Below are positions 50,261 to 63,744 of a stretch of DNA of 64,000 nt, in pieces. The stretch spans positions 3,269,498 to 3,333,497 of the forward strand of contig CAJINV010000008.1 in the NCBI GenBank assembly GCA_905178155.1. The letters run 5' to 3'. Numbering within the stretch: position 1 is the first letter of the stretch; each line of letters starts with the position of its first letter. Source of the DNA: Amoebophrya sp. A120. Lineage: Eukaryota > Protista > Dinoflagellata. The notes beneath the pieces are model-generated. The model did no database searches. It had not been told where the DNA came from and was given only the letters and a program-made list of their open reading frames with translations. A program made the translations under genes and the position numbers.

Positions 50261-53200
50261 TCAAAACACCACATTAGTCCTAGCAGTGTCAAGAAAAGTA
50301 CCGTCATGAGGGTTTGCTTCTGCGTCGCCGGATGTATCCCCGTCGTGTTTTTTGTGAGTCGCAGAGAGACGGCGCTCTCGATCGTCAGCTCCAGTGGTAG
50401 GGGTGCTGTCCTTGTGCTCCAAGAACTCACTGATCTTCTTCTTGTCAACGTCATCTCCCACGTCTCCTATCCATGCGTCAGGCGGGAAATCGACAAAATG
50501 CAGATGGTTTCATATCGTGCTAGAAAATGATACACCTACTTAACAGAGCAACCACTACTTGCCACAAACGCAACGTGTGGAGGGGGAGCATTCCGCAGAT
50601 GAAGCGGCTCGTTTCTCACACATGGAACTCCCGACGCCTCCGCGTCCGCCCCGGCCCCCTCTTCTACTATTGCCTCCGAGAAAACGCCTGACACATAGCA
50701 TTGTCCGCAAAGCGTTCGTATTGCAGAGCCAGGCCCACCAGGGCCGGGGGAGCCAAGTCGTACATCACTTACGCCAGGTTAGGCCGCTCATGATGAAGGA
50801 AGGACGAGGAGCTACCCCAAATCGGAGTTCTCTTTGCACACAGAGCACGTGACAGATTCGCCCGATTTGCAACGTGCTTATTTATTACGAACGGCAGACC
50901 CGGCTCCATCTAGTTCTAGTGGAGCTGTGGCTGAGCCTAATGATGTGGATGTCGCAACTTTCAAGTTGTAAAGTGCTATGCATTGTGATTGTACAGATTG
51001 CCACCACTTGGACAATTTCCCCCTTGACGCTTCCATATTTCCAAGGTCGCAATTAGCCCCGTCTTGGTCTTCACCCCCATTGCATGCGGAGTCCCGCGGT
51101 CTAGGCACTATCCCGTGCAAAAACGTCCTCACGTCAGACTTCTCAGGTGAAAACGCGTCGCATGTTTCAAAGCCCATTATGAGCGCCACGCCTTACTAGA
51201 GTTTGGAAGTATAATTTCATGGCCTATGCAGCAGGATGAGAAAGAGGGCTAGTAGTGATACAAGCACGCAGCTTCTCTAACCTGGGCACGTGGAGCATAA
51301 ATATAAGGCTCTGTAGCTTCATCACATTTGTGTTTTATGGGCAATGAAAAAGCCCGACGAAATCATTTGTCTCGCGTTCGACTTCAACTTTTCCGGCGGG
51401 ACTACTACGTAGTTGTTCCCGTCTTGTCGTGAGGCCTCATGCATTTTTACACTGGATAGCCGGCCCGGCTGCGGCATCGTCTTTTTTCATCTTCGTACCC
51501 TCGACTTCGATACGCGGGTCGGGCTTCGCCTGCTTGGTTTCGGTCTCCCCCGCCTCGCCTGCGGCTCCCCCAGTAGTGGCTTTCGCGTTCTTTTTTTGTG
51601 TCTTCCGCCGCGCCGCGCGTTTCTTCTTTTTGACCTCCAGAGAGGAGGCGCCATCCGGCGTATCGCTGGCCAGTCCGCGCTCCTGCTTTCTCTGCTTCTC
51701 CCGAGCCCACTTGTCGGCTATCCTGCAGAAAAAGGTACTCACCCCATAATCACGATCTCTGCTTGACAAATCTACAAGAGTTGCATTTGTGAGCTCCGCA
51801 TTAGAAATTCGGACACGTAGTGTAATAATTACACGTAGTCGTGCTTGGGAATGATCATGATGAAAGGCAGCGTCGTCGTGATGTCACAATAAATTACAAA
51901 CTTATTGAAGACCCCCTTAGTCTGATTTATGAGCAATCGAGAATGAAGATTGATTTGAAAACGCGAATGGCAAATGCTCCTCAAGGGGATGCGCATGACC
52001 ATGAGACACATCATCATATTGGACTAACAAACACTCGCACCCAGCGCCACAGGCTGCGGATCCCTTCCCCGGGAGGTGGGCAAGAACGGAGACACGGTGA
52101 CATCCCGGGCGTGGCCGTGGGCATTCAGATGCATGACGACAAAGACATCGGAGGCAAAGGCTTCCATAAAAAAAATGCTGGGGATGGGGTGGGTACGTTT
52201 TTACACAGGATAGAGTCGTCCTCGTCGTCATAGGGTCCAAATGGCTCCGGCCCACGCCCACGGGGAGCAGAGCCAAACTCGTTCCGCAAGAAGTCATCCA
52301 GAACGGTGGGCTTGGACGTTTCCTGGGTTGCTGCGCGTTTATCCACTGCAAGTGCGTCCTCTGGGTCATCTTCTGGAAACATGCAACTTTGTGTATACCG
52401 CTGCTAGCTGTCTCTGTCTGTGGGAAGTAGTACAAAATCAAAATTTTCATCTTGCGTGTTGTGGAGTAGCAACCGCTGCTCAGAAACAGATTTTGCGACA
52501 CACAGAACAGGTTTCTACTCTACATGCAGGGCACAAGCCAAGGCAAGGCATTGCAAAGCCCTCGCAGATGAACTTGTGACGCTAGGCCATGCACGACAGC
52601 AGCACTCCAAACAACATAGCACAACGAACTGTTGCACAACAAAGATCGGGACTCCCGATTCGGGAGCGTTTCAGGAGACCCAGATGACATTATCAGTATT
52701 TGCGAGGCATAGCGACCACGATTTCTTCCTCTTCGCGCTGTCTTTGCTTTCCTGCTCGGCGGCCCTTCAACTTCGTGTTCGCCTGCTGTGGCTCGACTAG
52801 CCGTCTCGCGCGGGTTATACAGGACAAAAAACTGCCTTGGTGTAGTGCTAAATGGAGATAAACATGCACGACACTAATGCAGTCGCGTAACAAAATAAAT
52901 GCTGGAAGGTTGACAGCACACACACACACCCGAGTGTGCGCCGCACGACAGGCTGTTCTCTGGCAATTGATGTGATGCTCTGGCATTCCAAAAAAGTTTC
53001 TCTTCCTACACTGACACAGTTTTTTTTCTGCATACAGGTCCTGCTGCAGCGGCTCCTGGTCACCGCCCGCTGCATTGGAGGGCGACACCATGTTGAAAAG
53101 ACCCAGCAGCCCAAATAAGTAGGCGCAACGAAAATAAAAAGGAAAGGAAAGTGTAGTACTACTACCGATTCTCGGCCTTTTCCAGAGCGCCTGCTTTGCC

Positions 53201-53385
53201 GCAACTTGGTGGTCAGCCCACCGGTCAATGTTCCTGCTCAACACCCCCACAGCTTCCCCCTGATTATCCGCCGGCGCCGCGAGCGCGCCGTTCCTGTGCT
53301 GCATGTGAAAAGCAGCGGATTCAGTCTGGCGAACAGCAGGGTCCCGTCGCTCTCCGTCTCCACTGTCAGAATGGTGGTCCTGCAT
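50261..53385 (-). CDS. Multi-exon hypothetical protein (Lys/Arg-rich segment); ends uncertain, may be the 3' part of the upstream gene
   Basis: ORFs 52125..52382, 51437..51769 and 50878..51189 join in frame after removing introners 51719-52212 and 51109-51458 (+5 nt). Confidence 0.5.
51109..51458. mobile_element. TIR introner
   Basis: TATCCCGTGCAAAAACG / TATCCAGTGTAAAAATG; in-frame +5 join. Confidence 0.7.
51719..52212. mobile_element. TIR introner, same TIR family as 61583-61861
   Basis: TATCCTGCAGAAAAAGGTACTCACCCCAT / TATCCTGTGTAAAAACGTACCCACCCCAT. Confidence 0.78.
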
Positions 53386-55834
53386 GGCTTATTGTTATTT
53401 TGAAGGAAAACAAATTTCAGAGATGCAATGGGCGGGTAGATCTTCGTTTTTGTAGAGGTGTAGGTTTTGATCTTCTAGCACTCGTGGTCGTGCTCCTTCT
53501 GTGCTGCACGTGAACCTCTGGGGTAGCAATCGTGCATGATTCCTGTGCATTGTAAGATTACGATTTATTCTGACTATGCGGATTTTCATTCAAAAGGATA
53601 AACTTCTTCTTCCGCAGTGCTGCAAGCCATTCGTATTTGTTTCTCGTTCCTCTTTGTAGTTGATTCCAGCCTTGGTGCCACGAAAAAGCTCAACATACGT
53701 CCACGAAAGGAACGACCGAGAACTCAGTCATATGCAAATCACCAGAAATCTCTTCGCAGTCTGCACGAATAAACGAAAAATGTTTAATTATTGCACGAAA
53801 GTGTTGTACGAAGTTCGCCGAAGAGATGAGAGGACTCACACCGACGAATAGCAAGCTGACTTGCATCTTCTCTTTCCACGGTTTTCTGATGGGACGAAAT
53901 AAGACGCTGAAGGTACCAGCAAATCTAGTCACAAGTCAATACGAAACACAACCAGTACCGAAGTCTTTCATTTACTTGTAGTGCTATCTTGATCTGATAC
54001 CGAACGCCGTCTGCAGCCAAGTGCGCGGCTCGACCCGCAAGGCCGTGATAATTAAAGAGTGAGCACCACGGGAGCGGTCGGTCGCAGGATGCAGTACACG
54101 GAGTTGCTCCAGTCAAAGTTGATATTTTTACCCTGCATCATGTCCTGTCTCCTATTTCGGTTGCGACTTTTTTTCAGGTCGACGAACCAAGGAAATGTTT
54201 TTGCGCTGGCAGTGCTCATTTGGACTTGGTAGTACTAGTCGTGGTCCCTTGGGGAGCTTTCTTTGTACAGCGAGGCGAGTTGAGGACCTGGAGTCCAAAG
54301 TAGACCTCCGAAAGAGAAAGACTGCAAAAATGCTTGTGTTTTGTCCTTGTCAAGCTGAGAGATCTTCTAAATCGCATCAATAGGACAGGCGCGACTTTTT
54401 TTGTCATGCGCAGTAGCCGGTTAATATCTGCGAGACAACACCGAAGCGTTGAGAAAACTCGATAAGGCTAGGAATGCGCTCAACGCAAGGGTATTCAGCA
54501 TGGCAGGTCTCGACGAGAAATGCTGAACTAGCATTTTTGCAGCCTCGGAATCTTCAGTTGCTGTTGATATTAATGTACTACGGAGCTGCTGCACCTCGAA
54601 AATTATGAACTGCGTAGTCCATAGCGTCTGCCACTCCTCACCGGACATGATCTCTGTACTTCTTGATAAAGAAAATGATACAAGAATAGTATCTTTATTT
54701 ATGCGATGAAAAAAATGCTGCAGGCAGTTTGTTTTTACAACTTGGACCATCGCACGGCAAAACCGAGATTTTTCTGCGTCCGCCGTGTCAAACCGGCTGC
54801 GACCAGGACAAGCGATGAAGAACGAGACAGCAACCGCTATGCTGCGAGGCCTCCGCGGAGGCGACAGATAGAAAGAGAGACTGCAAGCTCACGAGGATCA
54901 ATAAAGCCCGAATTGCAACATAATTCAGCTGCAGGCAGCGTTACTAGACGTACCTCTCTTTTGAAGCGTCGTGCAACAAGAAAAAAACGATTCCTGCGAA
55001 CTACCCCCCCACGCATCATGGGGAAACTGCCTGCAGTCCAGAATGAGAATGGCTGTTTCGGAATTTTTTGTGAGTTTTTGCTACAGTGGTTCGAGAGCTT
55101 GCGCTTGTTCGGGTAGTTGCGCTTGCACAAGTACAATTATTACAAAAGGGTAGTGCCTCTAGAATAACCCAAACCGTTTGGTAAGTTCTTAGGTAAAAAT
55201 ATACCCACAGATATCAACGACCAGTAGCTGAGTGGTCATCGTCATGCAAAGTAAAAACATTCTATATCCATTGCAATCATTCTTCCGCAAGGGACCTATG
55301 CGGCTGCTGCAATTTCCTCTCTGCAAAAGTACATAAATTCATCAATTGACAACTGCATTTGCCAACTTACTACAATGGGCAAGAAAAACGCAAACTCAGG
55401 CATCGTCTGCTTTTTTTTTCTTACTTCTGCGCCGGGGACCGAAGTTCACGCCGTACGAGCTCGTCGACGGCATGACAAGGGTAGGAAAAGCGCGAGCTTG
55501 GCATACTTTATCCAACGACCATTCGCCTTCCGTACCACTCTTTCCTTCCCCGACGTCCCACAACCACTAGACAATCAGGCTGGAAAATCATCCCCGAGAA
55601 AACAGCCAGCAAATCATACTTCTATCTAGTTCAAAGTCAAACTTTCACAAAATCTTCATCTCACAAGTATGTATCGAAATGCCACGTACAGGAGCGTACG
55701 TGGCCATATGCCACAACGGGTCCGGCCACGACAAATCTTGCATTTTTGGATTTTCTTTTCTGACATTGCAAATGTGAGCTGCTGCTACGCCTGTTTTTCC
55801 GCGATAGGGATGATTTGCTTGGGGGCACGACAAC

Positions 55835-58800
55835 CTTCAGGTGCCCAATTTCGTTTTCGGTCCAGCGGAGGCCTTTTAACAGCAATTCCTGATCCTTGCG
55901 GATCTTCATCAACTCCAGCTGAATGTTCGGATTCCCAATGCTCTGAATCTGGTGGGTGATCAATCCGCTCGTGTCCGCCTGGGTCGGCCGCTGCAGTTTT
56001 ATTATGCTAGTGCTGTCTCTTTGGAAAGCAGTCAAAAAACCACGGGCCCTGACTTCGATCATCTAGCATCATACTCATCGTATGTCAAATCTGAAATCAT
56101 CCTGAAACAGAGCTAAGCCTTTTTTTCCAGAGCATTTTCTTGATGAAAATTACCTTTCGCAGCTCGGATTCTATTCGCGGCATGTCCTGCTCCTTGAAAT
56201 CGAACAGAATCACTTCTTGGCTCGTCAACTGGGCCTGCAGAAGCTGAAGCCGGTCTTTTAGTGTGGCAATCTCTTGAGGATATTGTGTGCACAAACGTCC
56301 AACCAGAACAGACCCCGCTAGCCAAGATGTCAGTAGCTCTGCTGCAAAATAAATCAGAGCTTCACAACTTTTCGAAGTTACGCGCCGTCACAAGATCTCT
56401 GGGCGTACTTGTGCGATAAAGTAGTGATTGGCTTCGGTCGTGTTCGCAACCGCATGCTGACAACTTAGTATATCTTCCGCCTCAGAAGAATCACTACCAC
56501 AAATACCGAATTCCTGCACAAGAAAAGTATCGGGCTCACCCGCGCTGGACGTTTTTCTAGAGGATAGACGCAGCTCCTGATTTTCGCTGCTTGTTCGGTC
56601 GGTGATCGCCGTAGCGCGGTCTTGATGGCGTATCAGAATCTAAAATCGCCCCGCCTCCAAAAGGAGGAAGTAGTGTTTCGTATTTTTGCAAAGCTCGCAC
56701 TTTCATCAAAAAATTTTTGATGAAAACATGTTTATTCTCTATTACTTCTAGTTTTAGCAAAAGAATATCACAAACACTACTTTGTCCTGGAGTGTGGGAC
56801 TTTTCCATGCAGTACCACGCTGTTAGTTGTTGAGTGCAGCCGAGGTGTCCTCAAGCTGAGGGAAATGACACGAAGCTTGTTTCTCAAGTATTATCGTATT
56901 ACAACCGTCGAGAACGAAAGCCAATCACATCTTTCTACAAAAGAACGAAATAACCGCTGTACCTCCTGCCTCAGCCGCTGGTTTTCTGCTGTTAAATGCG
57001 CCACACTGTCTTCGAGCCTCTGCAGTCGGTGCGCCACCTTCTCCTCCTATGCATGTGTGCAGGAGTGTCGCTAGTCACATGGCGTTACGATGCAAGGTAG
57101 AATCGATTCTTGCTCTCTGTTTCTATCTAGAAGAAAGAACCGCACGTTCCTCGTGACCAGATCCCGTCCTTCGGCAGAAGACCATTCCGTCTCATCTTGT
57201 CAACACTGTAATACCACATCATACGCTAGATGCGCGTCTTGTAGTATCGCTTCCCGAACTCCAGAACTGTTTCTGATCTGTAGGAGTTGTAGTAGAGCGA
57301 GAAATTCCTTCTACTGCGAAGATCAGACTTTCATCTTCGCGCAGGCCTGCTCGATTTGTACGTCGAAACGCAGTTTGTCTTGCCCGGGTTTTCTTGAGCG
57401 CCAACGTATCACATTGCATCAATTGCAAGACAGCGCACATCTTCGCAGGGGTGCCGCTGCTCTAACAGGATCGAGGCGCAGCAGCTGCAAATATTATCTA
57501 TCATCAATTCAACCATACGAGCACTAGTGCACGACTATGGCACTCTTACACTCGGGATACCTCGACGTGGGTAGCGACTTTCTCTTCCAAAGCGGTCTCC
57601 TCCGTTTTCTTCCCCTACTATCCTGTGCGAAAACGCTCCCGCCCTCTATTTCGTCCTGCGTCGTGTAGTGCACGAGCATGATACAAGACGTGCAGAAAAG
57701 TAGAAGGGATTTCTTTCATACTGTCATTTTGATCCTACCAGGAGAGGCGCAGTGGATGAGTTCTTTTCTTTGTAGTTGTATATGTATCAGTAAGTGCGTA
57801 TACTAGTTTGCTCAGGCGCCGTCACAGGACCAATACCCTGCAGCAGGCAACAACCTGTCATGCGCAACAACTTCCAAGTCTTGTGTAAGTACCTACCAGA
57901 TCATCCTCCGACAAGAGGTGGAGAACAGGGCGAGGGCGTAGTTTCTGCGACGGATACCTCCACGGCTGTCACCAGTACCTGCTGCATTTGCTTCGAAAAA
58001 TCCGCCAACCGCTGCTCGACTTCCTCGTCGCGAAAGCGAAAAAATTCTTCTTTGAACGTTCTCATCCGCGCATCGTGTCGCAAAGCGCCCCAGCACCTAT
58101 CCGAATTCTATGTACATAGTTATCCATCTAAATAATTTTTAGTAGCACCACACATGAAATGAGTACAACTGTGTCCTCGCTGGCAGGCCGTTCAGCAGAA
58201 ATTCGAGCACGCCTTGTCACCACGTAAATAAAAGGGCTACTCGAGGCGCCTAGAACTTGAATCACATCAAAGCGTCGCAGTTATGTCGTTTCATCCCCTC
58301 GGAAACTTTACAGCGTAGACATTTGGAACAAAACTTTTTTCCGGGATGAATCAAGAAGATGAAAGGGGCGCTTCGCAAACATTTATTTCCTGTTGATACC
58401 GCCCTTCCAGCTGACTTATCTGCTCTGCCGCACGCTGTTTCGTCTCGTCCGCAGCGGCAGAGTCAGCTGCCTGATCCTCTACTACAACCGGCCTTTTGCA
58501 CGAGAGCAGCGCTGCATGCTGCTCCTGCTTCAGCTGCTCGAGCGCGGCCGCGAACCCGCTCTCCGACCGGTGCGAGCAGTCCTGGATTCGCTGCTCGCAG
58601 TGCGACAGCAGATTTGCGGTTACGTCGTCCATCTTTAGACTGATATTCTCGTGAAAATCGTGCATCATCGTTTCAAACTCCGACCGGTTTTCCTCCAGCT
58701 CTGGGCGAAGAAGGCGCAGCTTTATCTTCTCGAAAAGCAGTTCTTCGTCCACCCCGCCGCCCGGGTCGCCTCCGGGAGGCGTGGAGGTTGTTGCACCACG

Positions 58801-61800
58801 AGAGGATGAGGAGGTACCCGTACTACAACTGGGCTGCTGCTGCACCTGCACGCCGTCGACCGCGTGTTGATTTGATGTTCTCTCTTCAATCGCAATTCGG
58901 TCGTGTTCCCGCAAGCGCTCCTCCATGAGCGTTTGCAGTTGCAGTTGCGCCGCTTCTTGCTGTCGCTGGAGAAAAGCCGCCAGCTTGACCTCCTGGGTCC
59001 GATAGAAATCGGCGCCTCGCTCCTCGTCCTCCAGCACTTGTGCCGTGGCACCCTGCTGGTGCGCCGCGGTTGCGGCGTCGCACAGGCGCTTGGCTTCGCC
59101 AAGTACCTCGGTTCGCACCTCCGCGATTGCCGCTTCCAGCCGGGCGTCGGATACCTTCTCCCTCTCCAGCACGCGACGACCCCAGTCTTCCACCAGCTCC
59201 ACCCGTCCCTTTTCCGTTTCCAGCCTGTGCAAATTCAGCTCCCATCCCGACGAAAACAGCTGTCAAACTACGTCTTCAACATTGCACTTGTATTAGATAG
59301 AAGTGTAACAAGCTTCTTTGGCCTCTATCTCTAGAAAAACCGCGGCGTGCTCGTAGTCACGGCAAGTGAATCCTGTGAAACGTCGATGCAGTTTCTCAAG
59401 ATCTTGTTCTGACAAGTTATTTACATTACGCCATCAATCTGGACTTTTTATGCCTACCTTCATACCCGCAGAGGTGGCCCACCACGAGGTCTTTACACAA
59501 CGACAATAAGTAACCACGACATAAAAAGCGCTCGCGGATGCGTTTTGGCTTTTTTCACTAAAGCAAACCCCTTCAGAAGAAACAGAAAAAAGTCGGCCTG
59601 TGGCATATCTTCATTTCCACCTACAAAAACGGGGAAACTTGAATTTCCTCTGCGAAGATAGATGTTTTCATCAGATCCATTTGATACTTCTGACTTGGTG
59701 GCCACCTTGTCTATCGCAAGGAAAAATCCCCCCTCCCCATATTGAAGAGGTAGGCTTTCGAAAATTTGTGTTGCTGATTTGAGGTCACAAATCACGTTTG
59801 TGTTGCAAGAAGACAAGGGCAGCAGCTTCCGCCCCATTATGGAGGCGGTTTGTCATGCTGTTGGGCCAACATCACGGACGCTTTTCATGCTAAGCGCCTA
59901 AGTCAAATCCTCTCTACTCAGGCTTCAAATGGGTCTGCAGTCCTCTCCAGCAAGACAAATGTGATTTGTGTACTCAAATACAGCAACACAAATTTCGCTT
60001 TCGATATGGGGAGGGGGGATTTTTCTTCACAATATTGTCCAGCAAGGTCTCACACCGCGCGTTGTTCGCTTCCTCGCTGATACGGAGCCGCTGCGACGTA
60101 TACAGTGCACAAAATTTTTTATTGCGCTGGTAGTAATTGCAGCACCACAGACTTTTCTTCTTGTTCAAATTTTTATTCACTGCACTAGAACGTAGTGGCA
60201 GTTTGGGTAAGAAGACAGCAGCTCTGTCTCGATGCATCATAAACTGCAAGAACTGGTACGAGCACAATAGAATACTTTAATTGCACTGGATACGACGTCG
60301 TCTCCAGCAACTTCTCCAGTTCCTCATGCCGCTGCTACAGTATCCTTCAGAATATGGGCGGGCATAGTTGAAGATATCTGAAAATAAACTAGCCTATGGG
60401 CGAGCCCCTAGCATCCTGTTTGAGACATGCGGTTTATTTTTCACTCGTGTATCCAATATTTTGCATCACATATTATATTCCCCGCCCACTTTTTTCGGTA
60501 TGATATCCAGAAAGGCCACCCGGGTGTCGAACGCCTAAGTAAATTATGTCAGGACAATACTTTCAGTTGCGTCGCACAATCGTTCTAGTTTGTGCGTGTG
60601 CCAACAAGGAAGTACTACAACTACCTGCATGCAATCGCATACGGAAAAGCAACTATGTAAGCCGAAGTCTGTGCCCTGAATGCAAAAAAACGCGATTGTT
60701 GTTTATTGCTCTTGTCCTGCTAGCCAGAGGAAAGAAGCATGTTCCGCCGCATTTTCTACTTATGTATGATGATGGACCCAATGTCGAAGTATACAGAAAG
60801 TAGTACCTTGACCCCTTCGTCGTCCTTCAAAGCCAAGCTTTCGACGCAGTCTTTGCGCAAATTTTCCAGCCGATTGGCCAGTTCCGCACGCAGCGCCGCG
60901 TCGGAGGCCAGAATCTCGTCTCGGTGCTCCGTCACCTCGCGTTTCAAGTGCGTCAGATTGCCCTGGAGCGCTTCGGTGACCTCGTGAAAAGCGGCCTCCT
61001 GCTGCTGCACGTTTTCGGAGATGGAGGCCTGTAAAAACAGGTGGGTCGCTGCGATTCGGCTTGTGATGATGGAAACAAGAGCTGTGAAGCTGCAAACAGT
61101 ACGGACGAAGCTTCTATCTTCGACGGTTTGGAGCGCAATAGATATCACGCGGCCCAGAAACTGCGTACTGTCTTCTCAATATTAACGTTAATTGCCAGCA
61201 CAAGCACGGGGGTAGCCACAGTGAATCACGGCAGGCAGTGGGCACACGCCATTCATTGATCAAAGTAATGTCTCCTGTCTTCAATCAAAAACATGATCAA
61301 AAGATCCAGGAATAACGAACCCCGAGATGCGCTACCGAAAAAAAATTGCACCTTTCATGCCGCATGCTTTCTTTTTTTTAATTATGCCCTTGTGTGAAGC
61401 CGCTACTTCCTATACCAAGTGAAAATCGAAGAAGTGAGAAGGTATCCATCATTTCACTATACCGCTGTTTGTTCGTATCTGGCCTGGTCCTGTGCAAGCA
61501 ACTCGGTTCTCTGGATGTCCATCATTTTTTGCATTTTCTCCACCACGCGGGTCTCGAGGGCGGCTGCTGCAGCGGGCCAAGGTATCCTGAGTAAAAACGT
61601 ACCCACGCCAGAGTTGTAATGCAGATTTGCAAAGACAGGAAGACTTGTAATGCGCATCCCCATGAGAGCCATTTCCAATCGTGTTTTGGAATTTGTGATG
61701 CCGTGATCAGGATGAGCAGCTGGATTTGTGATGCGGCTGCACTTGCTAACCTGCACTACACTGCAGAGTGCAACTTGTCATGCGTGACTCACAAAACTCC

Positions 61801-63187
61801 TAGGTTTGTGTTGCAAAATCCCCATCCTGACTCTGGTGTGGGTACGTTTTTACTCAGGATACAAGGGATAGAAGTTTCACCCTCCTCTCCGTGTCGTCGT
61901 TCCTTCCCGGCAGACGGCTATTAAGAGGAAAAATCCCTCCTCCCCATATCGAAAAGGTGTGCTTCCGAAAATTTGCGTTGCTGATTTGAGACCACAAATC
62001 ACGTCTGTCTTGCAAGAAGGCAACTCCACAAGCTCCGCAGCACTGTGCAGGACGTTTGTGATGCTGATGGGCCTACAGCACGGACGTTCCTCATGCTAGA
62101 CGCCTAGCCCGAAACCTCTCTACTTAGGCCTAGTATGGGCCTGCATTTCTCTCCAGCAAGACATTTGTGTACGCAAATCCTGCATCAGAAGCTTCGTTTT
62201 GATATGGGGAAGGGGGATTTTTCCTTTTGATAACGGTGAGGAGGAACTTGCGGAGCCGCCCCCGCCCGAAAGAGCACCGGTTCCCGCTGTTGCTGCAGGA
62301 ACAACAATGTCTATCCGCTGTAAAAACGCGCGTCTTGCCCCACAGCCTCGACATCCTCGAGAGGACCCGCAAGCAGCTTTGCTTGTTGATATGATGTGAC
62401 GCTAGCAGCTCTTCTTCTGGAACAAGTCCGTGCGAATAAGCGCACCAGCCTCATCTCAAAATTCGGTGGCTGCAGCCGACAGTCGTGCACAGCTTGCCGT
62501 GAGGCCGCGAATCACCCAGCCAGACATACTACTTCCGTGCTTGCAGTAGAAAAGAGGAGGAAGAGGTATTCTAGTAAGAGGCAACAGTAGCGCAGCACCC
62601 TAATTTTTCTGCCCGAGAAAAATCTTTGTTTGTTTGTATTCTGTCACTGGAAACCTAAGCCTCTCGTTGGCGGGAGCGATACTTACATCCCACGAGTTCT
62701 ACTCGACTCCTGCCGACGCTCATGCAAAAATTGCAAGATTTGCATATGAATAACAACGTCACGTACGAGGAGCAGGGAAGGGCATTTTTACAGCGCAGGA
62801 TAGCTGCGGGGGCAACCAGACTTTTCGTGTAGTTATCCGATAAGGTTCGCAGCTCCCCGAACATTTTCTCCATTTGCGCCTGCTATCACACAGAAACAAA
62901 GTCTAAATCACTAGCATTGCCGAAGTGATTAGTGACAAAAATACTACGGGCTAAATTTATTTTGATGCAAAAAAAGCCGAAAAAGTTCTTCCGAAACGAG
63001 CACGCTGGCTCCTACAACACTCTGCCCCGCCTCCCGGGCAAAATGCAACGGAATGAAGATTAGCAGCAATTTCGGGAATCTTCATCTCCCGCCCTTCGGT
63101 TCGTGCTTGACAGGGAACACGGCGGTATGCTAGTACTTAGTTTTGCACACGATACCTCCAGCTCCGCCTTTGACTCCAGCATTTCCG
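55835..63187 (-). CDS. Large multi-exon coiled-coil protein; 5' end lies beyond the window, 3' end uncertain
   Basis: In-frame chain EMLESKAELEAQMEKMFGELRTL…IPWPAAAAALETRVVEKMQKMM…ASISENVQQQEAAF…ETTSQRLRISEEANNARCETLLDKVATKSEVNLHRLETEK…EEKVAHRLQRLED…QELRQEIATLKDRLQLLQAQL…, rich in E/Q/L/R with a heptad-like pattern. Confidence 0.72.
59712..60034. mobile_element. TIR introner, AAAATCCCCCCTCCCCATA family
   Basis: Perfect TTGTC duplication; joins TLLD to KVATK; internally homologous to 61919-62232. Confidence 0.88.
60099..60292. mobile_element. TIR introner
   Basis: Perfect CGACG duplication; TIR TATACAGTGCA/TATCCAGTGCA; in-frame join. Confidence 0.82.
61583..61861. mobile_element. TIR introner, young copy
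   Basis: 32-bp TIR with 1 mismatch (TATCCTGAGTAAAAACGTACCCAC(G/A)CCAGAGT); perfect CAAGG duplication; joins TSIP to WPAAA. Confidence 0.9.
61919..62232. mobile_element. TIR introner, AAAATCCCCCCTCCCCATA family
   Basis: Flanks ACGGC/ACGGT; full-length similarity to 59712-60034. Confidence 0.85.
62312..62802. mobile_element. TIR introner
   Basis: TATCCGCTGTAAAAACGC / TATCCTGCGCTGTAAAAATGC; in-frame +5 join. Confidence 0.72.
62884..63154. mobile_element. TIR introner
   Basis: TATC termini; flanks CCTGC/CCTCC; joins ELE to AQMEK. Confidence 0.68.
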
Positions 63188-63744
63188 TATCCTGTGCAAA
63201 AGTATCGTACTCGTACTAATTGCGTTTATGCATTACAAATCTTTTTCTTGAGGCAAATCCGCATGACAAATTCCATTTGGCATGCTGAGCTAATTTGTAT
63301 TGCAATTACTACTAGTACGATCCTTTTGCAGTTCATATTCCGTCCGCACGTGCAATTCCGCGTCGCGACTATCCACTAAAAATTCACTACCGTGCATCAC
63401 GTCCTTGAAAAGACACTGACACATGCCCCAAACATCCTATCCTGAGTCTTACTTCTTTTTCACAGACCCGGTTACTTATCGAGAAAGTGACGCTGTGAGA
63501 CCCAGAAATCAATGGACTCCGCCCGTGCGGACTCGTTTCAGGTTTCCCGGGAAACCTTCGGCTTAGCTCGTGCTAAAGTGTGTTGCAACGCAACTTAAAA
63601 CGCGGCGCGCGCATGGACTCCGCTGCTGTTTGTGGGCACAACCGCGCCGCGTCTGTGTTGCAGTCTCTTGTGCCCAAAGCGCCGCAGTCGGCTGCGGATT
63701 GCGAGCAACCTGGCGGCCCCGGCAAACCGGCGCACATTTTCGCC

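Noticed and set aside
57219-57440. ORF as an exon of the coiled-coil gene
   Set aside because: A +5 join into it is out of frame, while skipping to the exon at ~57045 is in frame with a 4/5 duplication match.
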